From: Gemmatimonadota bacterium
Lineage (GTDB): Bacteria > Gemmatimonadota > Gemmatimonadetes > Longimicrobiales > Gaopeijiaceae
Reading direction: 5' to 3'
NCBI GenBank assembly: GCA_039589315.1
Contig: JBDHHQ010000036.1
Span: forward strand, 19,489-83,488
Length of the DNA: 64,000 nucleotides
Shown here in pieces: positions 9,632 through 19,300 of the stretch. The position numbers were made by a program, and so were the translations under genes. Under the pieces are notes generated by a model. It had not been told where the DNA came from and did not search any database. It saw nothing but the letters and a program-made list of their open reading frames with translations. How positions within the stretch are numbered: position 1 is the stretch's first letter; every line of letters starts with the position of its first letter.

Positions 9632-12305
9632 GGGTGTCCGGCGTCACGGATATGGAGGTGATCCCGCAACCGACCAGAAACGGGGGCACCTCCTCCGGAT
9701 GATCGGAGGGGGCTTGTCCGCAAATGCCGATCTCGAGCCCGTGACGGTTGAACGCGTCGACCGCCATGCGGATCATGGACTTGACCGCCGGCGACCGAGC
9801 GTCCACCGGATGGGCGTAGTGCTCCAGATCGTCCCGGGAGACGGCATAGACGGTCTGGACCAGGTCGTTGGACCCGATGGAGCCGCCGGACAGTTTCATG
9901 GCCCCGATGAACCGATCGGCGTCCAGGACGTTGGAGGGAACCTCGACCATCAGGAACAGGGGTACGCCGGCCTCGGGCGAGAGGCCGAAGCCGTCCAGGA
10001 GCCGGACCACCTCCTGCCCCTCCTCGGGCGAGCGGCAGAAGGGGATCATGAGCTGGAGGTTGTCGAGACCGATCTGCTGTCGCACGAAACGAAGGGCCTC
10101 GCATTCCATCTCCGACGCCGGCCGGAACCGGGGGTCGATGTACCGTGAGGCACCCCGAAGGGCGATCATGGGGTTCTCCTCGTCCGGCTCGAAGAGGCGG
10201 CCGCCGAGCAGGTCCCTGTACTCGTTGGACTTGAGGTCACCCAGCCGGACGAGGACCGGACGGGGGTAGAACGCCGCACAGATCAGCGCGACGCCGTACT
10301 TGAGCTGATCGACGAAGAACTCTCGGCGGTCCGCGTACCCGGCGGTCCTCCGCTCGATGGCACCGACCAGCGTGCGGAGCTCGTGGGGATCTTCCGCCCG
10401 GAGCCGCGCCTCGAACGGCGCGAGTCCTCCGGCCATCTCACCGGACTCGATGAATGCCCGGAGCTCGTCGTAGTAGAGAAGCGCCAGGGGGTGGATCCCC
10501 ACCTCGGCCGTGAGGATGAACTCGAGCCGGGCGAGGCCGACGCCGTCCGACGGTAGGGTGGCGTCGTGCAGGGCCTTGTCGGGGAATCCCACGTTGAGCT
10601 TCACGGCCGTGTCGAGATCCGGTAGCCGCCCCACCTCCACGCGTTCGACCTCGAAGGAGTGCTTCCCCTCGTACACGTAGCCCGTGTCGCCCTCGGCGCA
10701 CGAGCCGGTGACTTCGGTCAAGGGCTTGAGCAGCTGCGTGGCTCCCTCGCATCCGACGATGGCCGGAATCCCGAACTCCCGGGCCACGATCGCGGCATGA
10801 GACGTGCGTCCCCCCCGCTCGGTGACCACCAGCGAGGCTTCCTTCATCATGGGCTCCCAGTCGGGAGTGGTCATCTCCGTGACCAGCACGTCACCGGGGT
10901 CGAAGACGCGCTCGGCGGTGGGAATGTCCTCGAGCTTCCGGCCCGCGCGGAGCATGTTCCGCAGGACCCGCTTCCGCACGATCACCTCTTCGTAGTCCTC
11001 ATAGACGCGGACGCGTCCCGCGCCGATGCGTGTGCCGACGGCGGCCCCCGTCGCCAGGACCTTGCCCCAGGCCTTCAGGTCCGCCACCAGCTCGGGGGCC
11101 ATGACGTACGTCTCGAGGACGCTGCCGCTGGCGTCGTTGGAGTGCACGGTCTCCGGTCGAGCCTGTACGATGAACAGGTCGCCCGAATAGCCGTCCTTGG
11201 CCCACTCGATGTCCATGGGCTGCCCATAGTGCTCTTCAATCACCAGAGCCATGCGCCCCAGCTCCAGCGCCTCCTCGCGGGTGAGGGACCACTTGCGCCG
11301 GTGGGCCGCCTCGACGTCGACGCTCTCGGTGGCCGTGCCCCCCTGCATGGCGTAGACGAGCTTGCGGTCCTTGGCACCCAGCGTGCGATGGACGACGGCG
11401 TTGCGCCCCTGCCGGAGCCCTTCCTTCCAGATCACGAAGGTGTCGGGCGACACGCTCCCCTGGACCACGAGCTCGCCCAGCCCGTAGGCCGACGTGACGT
11501 GCACCACGTTGGAGTTGCCGGAATCGGGGTCCAGGGTAAACATGACGCCCGAGGTGGCGATGTCGGATCGAACCATCTTCATGACCACCACGGACAGGGC
11601 CCCATCCAGCGGATCCATGCCCTTGCTCAGCTGATAGGACACGGCGCGCTCGGTGAAGGCGCTGGCGCAGCAGCGCTTCCAGGTGTCCAGGATCTCCCCG
11701 AGCCCGCGGATGTTCAGATACGACTCGTACTGACCCGCGAAGGAGGCCATGGCCGAATCCTCCCGCGTGGCGGACGATCGCACGGCCGCGTCCACCTCCC
11801 GGCCGTACTCCTCACACAGGTCCTCGTAGCCGCGGGCGAGGCCTTCGCGCACTGCCGCCGGCACCGGGGTGGCCAGGACGAAGGCTCGAGCCAGCGCCGT
11901 GCGGGCGTGCATGTCCAGGTGGTCGCCGGTGGGCGCGTCGGCGAACAGGATGGTCAGACACTCCCTCAAGCTCCGCCCACGGGCGGCTTCCGCCTTCAGG
12001 CCCCGCATGTGGTCCTCCACGTCCACGTGGGTCCATTGGTCCGGTGCCTGCGGTTCTTCGAGGAACGCATGGTAGGCCGTGGCGCTCGTGGCGAAGCCGT
12101 TGGGCACGTGCACCCCTTTGGGCACGAGCTGCTGGTACATCTCGCCGAGTGAGGCGGCCTTGCCACCCACGCGGGCCGTATCGGCCCTGCCGATCTCCGA
12201 GAACCAGAGGATCACCGGGTCGCCGGGGTCCTTCACGGCCAAGCGCTGCGCCGGGGCCTCGGTCCTGGAGAGGGGATCGCCGAAGATTGGCGGGGAATCG
12301 CTCAT
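9558..12305 (-). CDS. ppsA: phosphoenolpyruvate synthase (pyruvate, water dikinase)
   Basis: VGGKAASLGEM, AVRSSATRED, QARPETV, phospho-His motif GGRTSHAAIVARE, C-terminal GICGQAPSD. Confidence 0.95.
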   Translation of the reverse strand: MSDSPPIFGDPLSRTEAPAQRLAVKDPGDPVILWFSEIGRADTARVGGKAASLGEMYQQLVPKGVHVPNGFATSATAYHAFLEEPQAPDQWTHVDVEDHMRGLKAEAARGRSLRECLTILFADAPTGDHLDMHARTALARAFVLATPVPAAVREGLARGYEDLCEEYGREVDAAVRSSATREDSAMASFAGQYESYLNIRGLGEILDTWKRCCASAFTERAVSYQLSKGMDPLDGALSVVVMKMVRSDIATSGVMFTLDPDSGNSNVVHVTSAYGLGELVVQGSVSPDTFVIWKEGLRQGRNAVVHRTLGAKDRKLVYAMQGGTATESVDVEAAHRRKWSLTREEALELGRMALVIEEHYGQPMDIEWAKDGYSGDLFIVQARPETVHSNDASGSVLETYVMAPELVADLKAWGKVLATGAAVGTRIGAGRVRVYEDYEEVIVRKRVLRNMLRAGRKLEDIPTAERVFDPGDVLVTEMTTPDWEPMMKEASLVVTERGGRTSHAAIVAREFGIPAIVGCEGATQLLKPLTEVTGSCAEGDTGYVYEGKHSFEVERVEVGRLPDLDTAVKLNVGFPDKALHDATLPSDGVGLARLEFILTAEVGIHPLALLYYDELRAFIESGEMAGGLAPFEARLRAEDPHELRTLVGAIERRTAGYADRREFFVDQLKYGVALICAAFYPRPVLVRLGDLKSNEYRDLLGGRLFEPDEENPMIALRGASRYIDPRFRPASEMECEALRFVRQQIGLDNLQLMIPFCRSPEEGQEVVRLLDGFGLSPEAGVPLFLMVEVPSNVLDADRFIGAMKLSGGSIGSNDLVQTVYAVSRDDLEHYAHPVDARSPAVKSMIRMAVDAFNRHGLEIGICGQAPSDHPEEVPPFLVGCGITSISVTPDTLIRVRMAVAQAEGGSVEPLPDRPA

Positions 12306-12563
12306 GAGTGTCTGCTCCGGAGGACAATCGCGCGGGCGGGGCGCCCGTCGGCGCGGCCGCCGCTGGGTAACGGCCGCAAAGGGGTCGGGCTTGCGGTCGG
12401 ATTGGCCGCTCCCGGTGGCGTTACGCGGGGCTTCGAGGGGGGCACGCTGGTCACGCCGTGTGGACCGTCTCGCTATTCGGGATGGTACGGGTATAGGTAG
12501 CTTCCCAATAGTAACGCGACGTCAAGGTGTGACGTCGTCTTCTTCGCAGCGCGGCTGGGACAG

Positions 12564-14444
12564 GTGGACGGACACGCGAAGGGCCCCACGAGCGAGACGA
12601 TGGCTTGGGGCCCGGGAACGGGCAGGGAGCGGCGCAGGCCGGGCCGCCGTGGGCGCCCAGGCGCCGCGGCGTCCCGGAACGCGTGGTTCGCGATTCTGTT
12701 CGTCGGGGGGTCGCTGGTGGCTCTGGCCGTGGCACCGCTGGTGGCCGCCCGGCAGACCCGCGAGATCCGCGCCGAGATCGCCGGCGTTCTGGACCCCACC
12801 CGGTCGGCGGTCGCCGAGTTGGAGTCGGTTCTCGCCCGTCAGATGGTGGCGCTCCAGGCCTACCTCCTTTCGGGCGAAGCCCGATTCCGGCAAGCGTACT
12901 TCCAGGCCCTGGGGGAGAACGACGAGCTCCAGGCGCGTCTCAGCGAGCTCGCCAGGTTGGAGGTGTTGGACCTCGGGGATCTCCAGTCCGACGTCTACAC
13001 GCTGTCCTTCCAATGGCACGATCATCACGCCGCGGCGCTGAACGGCCTCATCCCCCGTACCATGTACATGAGCAGCCTCCCCGACAATCAGGCCCGCTAC
13101 GAGCGGGTGCTGCGGGCGACCATGGTCCTGGACGAGGCGGTCGCGAGGGAGGTTCGGCGTGGCCAGGCACGCATGGAGGAGGCCACCGACCGCCAGCTGA
13201 GGATCACCATCGGCTTGGTGGGCCTCGCGCTGTTGGCCACGCTCGTGGTCGCGGTGCTCGCGCGGCTGCTGCGCGGCCTGGTGGTGGAGGCCGACGTCCG
13301 GAGGGGTGAAGCCGTCCGGGTACGGCGGGAGATCGACGCGGTGTTGGAGGCGACGGGCGAGGGCGTGCTGGGGGTCGATCTGGACGGTCGCTGCACGTTC
13401 CTGAACCGAGCGGGCGGCGACCTCCTGGGCGTAGCGCCGCGGGGCGCCCTTGGACGCGACCTCCATGATCTGGTGCACGGCGGACCCGAGGGTTTGCGGT
13501 GCGATCCGGAGGACTGCCCGGTCCCGCCGCTGTTGGCAGGCCGTGAGCCCACGCGCCTGCTCCGTGGACACTTCTGGCGGCACGACGGCACGTCCTTTCC
13601 CGTGCAGTTGGAGGCGAGGCCCATGCTGGACGGACGGCGCCTGAAGGGCGCCGTGTTGACGTTCATCGACCTGACGGACGTGCGCAGGGCCGAGCGGGCT
13701 CTCCGGCAGGCGGTTGCGGGCAGGGACGAGATGGTCGCGGTGGTCTCACACGACCTGCGGGGGCCGGTGGGCACCATCAACTCGGCCGCTCAGCTCCTCT
13801 TGGACGTGCCCATGCCGGCGGAGCAATGGCGGGACCACGTGAGGGCCATCGAGCGGTCCTCGGGACGGCTGGGTGGCTTGATCAAGGCCCTGCTGGACGT
13901 CGCCCGCATCGAGGCCGGTGTCCTCTCGGTGTTCGGGAGACCCTACCCGGTGGAGGCCCTCGTGGACGAGGCCGTGGGCCTCGCCCGGGTCAACGCCGGG
14001 CAGCAGGGTGTCACGATCGACCGGGCCGAGTCCGAGGCCACGCTACCGCTCGTCCTTGCCGACCGGCCCCGGGTCCTGCAGGTCTTCGCCAATCTGCTGG
14101 ACAACGCCATCAGGCACTCTCCGGAGGGCGGTCGGGTGGTCGTGGGGGCCGAGCCGAACGGCGCGGAGGTCGTGATCTCCGTGCGCGACCACGGATCCGG
14201 AATCCCCAGGGACCAGTTGACCAGGGTCTTCGACCGATTCCGTCAGCTGGAGGGCGGCGGGCGCACGGGTGCGGGTCTGGGCCTGGCCATCGTCAAGGGC
14301 GTGGTGGAGGCTCACGGCGGGCGGGCGTGGGTGGAGAGTCGGACCGACGAGGGCAGCACCTTCCTCTTCACGCTGCCGGTGGCCGAGGAGGGCGCGGCGG
14401 CGGAGAGGTCGGTGTCCGGCGGCGGTCAGGGGCTCCCTGCTTAG
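12564..14444 (+). CDS. membrane PAS sensor histidine kinase (alternative start 12600)
   Basis: Two TM helices flank an extracytoplasmic helical domain. PAS domain (GVDLDGRCTFLN), H-box SHDLRGP, N-box NLLDNAIRHS, G-boxes DHGSGI and GAGLGLAI. Confidence 0.92.
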   Translation: MDGHAKGPTSETMAWGPGTGRERRRPGRRGRPGAAASRNAWFAILFVGGSLVALAVAPLVAARQTREIRAEIAGVLDPTRSAVAELESVLARQMVALQAYLLSGEARFRQAYFQALGENDELQARLSELARLEVLDLGDLQSDVYTLSFQWHDHHAAALNGLIPRTMYMSSLPDNQARYERVLRATMVLDEAVAREVRRGQARMEEATDRQLRITIGLVGLALLATLVVAVLARLLRGLVVEADVRRGEAVRVRREIDAVLEATGEGVLGVDLDGRCTFLNRAGGDLLGVAPRGALGRDLHDLVHGGPEGLRCDPEDCPVPPLLAGREPTRLLRGHFWRHDGTSFPVQLEARPMLDGRRLKGAVLTFIDLTDVRRAERALRQAVAGRDEMVAVVSHDLRGPVGTINSAAQLLLDVPMPAEQWRDHVRAIERSSGRLGGLIKALLDVARIEAGVLSVFGRPYPVEALVDEAVGLARVNAGQQGVTIDRAESEATLPLVLADRPRVLQVFANLLDNAIRHSPEGGRVVVGAEPNGAEVVISVRDHGSGIPRDQLTRVFDRFRQLEGGGRTGAGLGLAIVKGVVEAHGGRAWVESRTDEGSTFLFTLPVAEEGAAAERSVSGGGQGLPA

Positions 14445-14466
14445 TGCGGTGTTCTGCAGCACGACA

Positions 14467-15549
14467 CTAGAAGTCCAACCCCTCGCAGGCGTTCCGAACG
14501 ATGGACGCGTAGTCTGGCACGAGGGACAGGCTCACGGCATCGCCCCGATCGTACGCCCGGTTCGAGGCGAGGTGCACCGAGAGCGTGCGGGCTCCACCCT
14601 GGGCCGTGGGTACGCTGACCAGCGCCTCCACGTTCGAGCCGGTGTAGGTCGTACCGACGATCGTGCCTCGCAGCGACCCGTGCTCGACCGTTTCGAAGCC
14701 TTCGGGCCGGACGGCGACCATGACGGGCGTGCCGTCGGCCAGGCCGGTCCTGTCCACACTGCAGAACGTGCCGAAGTCGGTGAGCACACACCCGCCGGGG
14801 CTCTGGACCACGCCCTGCAGCAGGTTCGTCCGACCTACGAACGTGGCCACGAAGACCGATGCCGGATGGCGGTAGATCTCCCGCGGGGTCCCCACCTGCT
14901 CGACCTTGCCCTGGTTCATGACCGCGACCCGGTCGGAGATGGCCAGCGCGTCGCGCTGGTCGTGGCTGACGAACACGCATGTCATGCCAGAGTTGCGAAG
15001 GATCGCTACCACCTCGTCCCGCACATTGTCTCTGAGGTGCGAGTCCAGGTTGCTGAACGGCTCGTCGAGCAGCACCACGACCGGCTCGGGGGCGATGGCC
15101 CGCGCCAGCGCGACCCGTTGCTGCTGACCGCCGGAGAGCTCGTGGGGGTACCGGTCGGCATGACGAGGCAGCCCGAGGCTGGCCAGGACCTCTTGCGCCC
15201 GTACGGACCGGCGGGACCGGGACAGCCGCTGGAGGCCGAACGCCACGTTCTGGCCCACCGTCAGGTGAGGAAAGAGCCCATAGTCCTGAAAGACCATGCC
15301 CACGCCCCGCCGTTCCGGAGGGACCCAACGCCCGTTTCCCGCGACGGACTCGCCCCGAATCCACACCCGGCCCTCGTCGGGCGCCTCGAAGCCGGCGACG
15401 GTGCGCAGCGCCGTGGTCTTCCCGCATCCGCTCGGTCCCAGAAGCGTGAGAATCTCACCTTGGTGGACTTCCAGGTCGAAGCCCGCCAAGGCCGCCACCG
15501 GGCCCGGCCAGTAGAGCTTTCGCACTCCCTCGAGGGAGATCACCGACAT
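14467..15549 (-). CDS. ABC transporter ATP-binding subunit (FbpC/PotA-like, C-terminal TOBE domain)
   Basis: GPSGCGKTT, LSGGQQQRVALAR, LLDEP, SHDQ. Confidence 0.92.
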   Translation of the reverse strand: MSVISLEGVRKLYWPGPVAALAGFDLEVHQGEILTLLGPSGCGKTTALRTVAGFEAPDEGRVWIRGESVAGNGRWVPPERRGVGMVFQDYGLFPHLTVGQNVAFGLQRLSRSRRSVRAQEVLASLGLPRHADRYPHELSGGQQQRVALARAIAPEPVVVLLDEPFSNLDSHLRDNVRDEVVAILRNSGMTCVFVSHDQRDALAISDRVAVMNQGKVEQVGTPREIYRHPASVFVATFVGRTNLLQGVVQSPGGCVLTDFGTFCSVDRTGLADGTPVMVAVRPEGFETVEHGSLRGTIVGTTYTGSNVEALVSVPTAQGGARTLSVHLASNRAYDRGDAVSLSLVPDYASIVRNACEGLDF

Positions 15550-15807
15550 CGAATTGCCCCTGGTGCAGATCTTCGCCGAAGCGGATGAGTCTGTAACGGA
15601 TACACCGAGGTGCCGCTGCGGGTCACGTGCCGGAGCGGTCCGACAACCAAGATAACCCCGTTCCCAGCGGCGGCGGGCTGGTGTGGGGCGATCTCCGGGG
15701 GTGAGCGACGCGAGGCCCGTCCCTCCGCTACGCGGGTCGGCGAATCCAGCGGCTCGCGTCCCTGCCCGGGGTCACGCTGGCCGCGGGCCGCGAGAACCGA
15801 GTGGCGA

Positions 15808-16511
15808 CTAGCGGCTCGAGCTCCAGGCCACCAGCCGCTCCACCTCGTTCGTCGTGAAGCGGGTCACCCCCATGCTGAGCAGGCGCTCGGCGGTCTCGGT
15901 CTCGTTCACGGTCCACGCCCCGATTGCCACGCCCTCGTCTACGAGGGGAATGCCCTGCCGTGACCACGGGCCCGGCTCCGCGCGTCGTCCATCTGGTCCG
16001 CAGCGTCGACGATGAAACCGATGGGGTGATCGGGCGCCTGACTCGAGACCCGCTCGAGCGTGATCCAGTGGAGGGAGATGAACACCGTCCGGTCCAGGTA
16101 ACCGGACGACCGCGCCACGGATACGATCCTGTCCAGGTCCTCCATTTCGCGGTAGGCCTTGATCTCGCAGTAGATGCGCTGCACCTGTGGACCGATTCGC
16201 TCCAGGGCCTCGGCCAGGCTCGGGATCCGCTCGCCGGCGAAGTCAAGTGAGAACCAGCTTCCGGCGTCCAGGGCCTTGAGCTGGTCCAGCGTGCGCCGCC
16301 GGAGGGGGCCCACACCGTTGGTTGTGCGCCCGAGGCGAATGTCGTGGAAGAGCACCGGCGTGCCGCAGGAGGCGATCTGAACGTCGAACTCCACCGCGCT
16401 CGCTCCGTACGTCACCGCCCGGTTCAGGGCTGCCAGGGTGTTCTCAGGGGCGACGGCCGAATAGCCGCGGTGTGCGATGATCTCGATGTTGCCGCTGCCG
16501 GAGCCGGCCAT
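15808..16511 (-). pseudogene. glycerophosphodiester phosphodiesterase, frameshifted near 15945
   Basis: The 16511-15939 frame has IIAHRG, PENTL, VEFDV, FHD and EIK. The C-terminal part (AWTVNE...LSMGVTRFTTN, stop at 15808-15810) lies in another frame. Confidence 0.8.
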
Positions 16512-16609
16512 AGGCGATGCTCAGCGGAGAGGGGATCCCGAGTGCGCGGAACTTCGGCTGTGGAGGTCCGGGCAGCAAGCGGGGTCCCTGCCGGGACCGG
16601 GTCGACCGG

Positions 16610-16933
16610 TCAGGCCTCGGGGTGTAAGGAGCAGCGAGCCGCCGAGCACGCGCCCCCGTGTCCCATGTAGTAGAGAAGGAGCGTGGATGCAGGCACGAAG
16701 TCGAAGTGCGGTGCCCGGTCCTCCTCGACGTAGGTGACCGAGATCGCCGGACCGTTCTCGTCCATGTCGGTGCCATAGAGCCAGACCCACACCCGGTGGG
16801 CCCGGCCCCGGGCCTGAACGGCCCAGGCCTCGCCGATGAGGCGAAGCGATTCCCGCTCGATGGAGCCGCTGACGCGGACCTTGATGCCAAGGCCGGAATC
16901 GTCAAGAACTTCAGAGATGAGCTCTGTATGCAT
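16610..16933 (-). CDS. hypothetical protein (107 aa)
   Basis: ATG at 16933, protein-like composition (MHTELISEVLDDSGLGIKVRV...WVWLYGTD), fills the gap upstream of the GDPD gene on the same strand. Confidence 0.5.
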   Translation of the reverse strand: MHTELISEVLDDSGLGIKVRVSGSIERESLRLIGEAWAVQARGRAHRVWVWLYGTDMDENGPAISVTYVEEDRAPHFDFVPASTLLLYYMGHGGACSAARCSLHPEA

Positions 16934-17040
16934 GAGTCCAGGATCAGGGTCCCTACACCTAATAGGTTCGGACCCTCGGCCCGATCGCTGAAGCTCGGCC
17001 CCTCCGGCGGGGCCACCTGGATCCCGGCGTGCGAAGCCGT

Positions 17041-17067
17041 TCCAACGTCTGGCCCGTTTGCCTCGTC
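17041..17067 (+). promoter_or_regulatory. candidate ECF-type autoregulatory promoter
   Basis: TCCAAC-N17-CGTC matches the AAC...CGT signature of ECF promoters and lies just upstream of the ECF gene. Confidence 0.5.
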
Positions 17068-17144
17068 CAACCAGATGAACCGAGAAATCGACCCGGGGAT
17101 GACCTCTGGAAGCCAGCACAGCCGACGCGAGGCCGCGGATTGAC

Positions 17145-17648
17145 GTGACAGACGCGGTGCTTGCAGCGAACGGAGACGCCGAGGCGTTCGAGCGCCTGTA
17201 CCGCGCCCATGTGGCGCGGGTGCACTCTCTCGCCCGCCGCATGGCTGGCGACGACGCGGCGGATGACCTGACGCAGGAGGTCTTCATACGGGCGTGGCGT
17301 AAGCTGGGGACCTTCAAGGGGTCGTCGAGCTTCGGCACCTGGCTGCACCGGCTTGCAGTGAACCTGATTCTGTCGAGACGAACGACGTTGGCCCGCCATC
17401 GGGAGCGTCACGTGGATGTGGAGGGAATCCTGGAGCGTGTGAGCGGACGGCAGGAGTTGCCCGGCTTCGCCATGGACTTCGAGGCGGCATTGAGCCGTCT
17501 GCCCGACGGGGCCCGGCAGGTGTTCGTGCTCTACGACGTGGAGGGCTACTCCCATGACGAGATTGCCGCAGCCATGGGGATCAGCACCGGGACGTCGAAG
17601 TCACAGCTTCACCGGGCGCGTATGCTCCTCAGGAACCACCTGAACTAG
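17145..17648 (+). CDS. ECF RNA polymerase sigma factor
   Basis: Region 2 (DDLTQEVFIRAW, FGTWLHRLAVN) and region 4 (LYDVEGYSHDEIA, GTSKSQLHRAR). Confidence 0.95.
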   Translation: MTDAVLAANGDAEAFERLYRAHVARVHSLARRMAGDDAADDLTQEVFIRAWRKLGTFKGSSSFGTWLHRLAVNLILSRRTTLARHRERHVDVEGILERVSGRQELPGFAMDFEAALSRLPDGARQVFVLYDVEGYSHDEIAAAMGISTGTSKSQLHRARMLLRNHLN

Positions 17649-17657
17649 AGGCCGCAG

Positions 17658-18386
17658 ATGAAGCACGAGTGGACGGACCGTCTTTCGGACTACCTCGACG
17701 GTCATCTGGCCGAAGACGAGGCGGTCCGGGTCGAGCGTCACGTCGAGGAGTGCGCGGAGTGCAGCGCGACGTTGGAGCAACTCCGCGCCGTCGTCCAGCG
17801 GGCCCGGCGCCTCAGCGACCGGGAGCCGAGCCGAGAGCTCTGGCGCGGTATCCGCGAGGGCATCGCCCCGGACACGAAGGCACCGGATGTGATCGACCTC
17901 GTGAGCCGCCGGGAGATCGACGGCTGGCCGGCCGGGCGCCGCGTAGTCCGGCTCACCATTCCGCAGCTCGTGGCTGCCGGCCTGGCTCTCGCACTGGCTT
18001 CGGGGACCGGCGCCTGGCTCCTCCTCCCCGAGGTGCCCCTGGCGTCCGGCTCCGCAACGCCGGAGATCGGCCAGGCGGTGCCGGCGCTCCGCACCGCCGC
18101 TGGCGAGCCGTCGTCCGCGGACGTGGCGACGGGGGATGCGACGCAAACGGACGAGTTGGGCGAGCTGGAGGAGCTCCTGGCCCGGCATCGCTCGGAGCTC
18201 GCCCCGCATACGGTGCGCATCCTGGAGAAGAACCTCGCGGCCATCGATCGGGCGATCGAGGATTCTCGCCGGGCGCTGGCCGTAGATCCGGGCAACACCT
18301 TCCTGGAGGGCCATCTGGAGCGGGCTCGCCAGCGCAAGCTCGAGTACCTCCGTGACGCCTCGGTGGCGTTCCAATGGTCCAGCTGA
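17658..18386 (+). CDS. zinc-finger (zf-HC2) anti-sigma factor
   Basis: LSDYLDG...HVEECAEC (HxxxCxxC), one TM helix, C-terminal helical domain, directly after the ECF sigma. Confidence 0.9.
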   Translation: MKHEWTDRLSDYLDGHLAEDEAVRVERHVEECAECSATLEQLRAVVQRARRLSDREPSRELWRGIREGIAPDTKAPDVIDLVSRREIDGWPAGRRVVRLTIPQLVAAGLALALASGTGAWLLLPEVPLASGSATPEIGQAVPALRTAAGEPSSADVATGDATQTDELGELEELLARHRSELAPHTVRILEKNLAAIDRAIEDSRRALAVDPGNTFLEGHLERARQRKLEYLRDASVAFQWSS

Positions 18387-19261
18387 CGCCCCTCCTGGTT
18401 CTGGCGCTGGCGTCCGTAGGCCCGTCCGCGGCCGCGCCCGATCCCGTGATCGCGGCAGGCTCGGCGGCCCCGGCGGACACGACCGTCACCGTCACCCGGG
18501 GTGACCGCTTGGTCCTGCAAAACCTCTCGGGGCGGGTCTCCGTAGAGACGTGGGGACGAGACGAGGTGCGTGTGGTCTCCAACGGGGGCGACGAAGCCGG
18601 GGTGCGTGTCGACCGACGAACCGGCGCGGTGCAGGTGCGCCCCGATCGGCGCTACGAGGGAGACCGTGAGCGGTACGTGGTCACGGTGCCGGAGTGGATC
18701 TCGATCGACGTGCGGGGGCACGAGTTGGACGCCTCGATCCGTGGCGTGAACGGAGGCGTGTCGGTCAGGACGGTCGAGGGCGACGTCGAGGTGTCCGACG
18801 CTCGGGGCCCGGTGTCCGCTCGGTCGGTCGAGGGGACGGTAACCGTGGAAGACGTGGACGGGCCGGTAACGGCCGCGTCGGGCGACGACGACATCTTCGT
18901 CCGCCGGGTGAGGGGTCCCGTGGTCGCACAGACGGTCGACGGGGACGTCGTGCTCGATGACGTCTCCGGGGCGACAGTGGAGGGGGGCACGGTAGATGGG
19001 AGCATCTACTTCTCGGGTGCCCTGGCATCCCGAGGGGAATACAGGCTGGTCACCCACGACGGCGACGTAACGGTGGCGCTCTCGCCGCCGGTGAGCGCGT
19101 CGGTCGTGGTGTCGACCTTCGACGGCGACTTCGAGTCCGACTTCGCCGTGACCATGGAGCGATTCGCCGCAGGGAAGGAGCTCCGCTTCACGCTGGGGGA
19201 CGGCGGCGCGAAGCTCTTCCTCGAGGCATTCGACGGCAACATCAGGCTGCGCCGCCGCTGA
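18374..19261 (+). CDS. exported DUF4097-type beta-strand repeat protein 1
   Basis: Signal peptide and repeated TV[ED]G / xxDG turns, ending in FDGNIRLRRR. Confidence 0.8.
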   Translation: MVQLTPLLVLALASVGPSAAAPDPVIAAGSAAPADTTVTVTRGDRLVLQNLSGRVSVETWGRDEVRVVSNGGDEAGVRVDRRTGAVQVRPDRRYEGDRERYVVTVPEWISIDVRGHELDASIRGVNGGVSVRTVEGDVEVSDARGPVSARSVEGTVTVEDVDGPVTAASGDDDIFVRRVRGPVVAQTVDGDVVLDDVSGATVEGGTVDGSIYFSGALASRGEYRLVTHDGDVTVALSPPVSASVVVSTFDGDFESDFAVTMERFAAGKELRFTLGDGGAKLFLEAFDGNIRLRRR

Positions 19262-19300
19262 CGCCGGTAGGGGCGCGATACAACTCGCACGGGAGGAACG

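Noticed and set aside
7007..12152. Long shadow ORFs (7007-8698 on minus, 10659-12152 on plus) and many similar ones throughout the window
   Set aside because: They are antisense to fdhD/mobA or ppsA, are Arg/Pro/Gly/His-rich and show no recognisable domains.
15550..15807. Possible riboswitch upstream of the ABC ATPase
   Set aside because: No TPP, cobalamin, molybdenum-cofactor or other aptamer consensus was recognisable on the minus strand.
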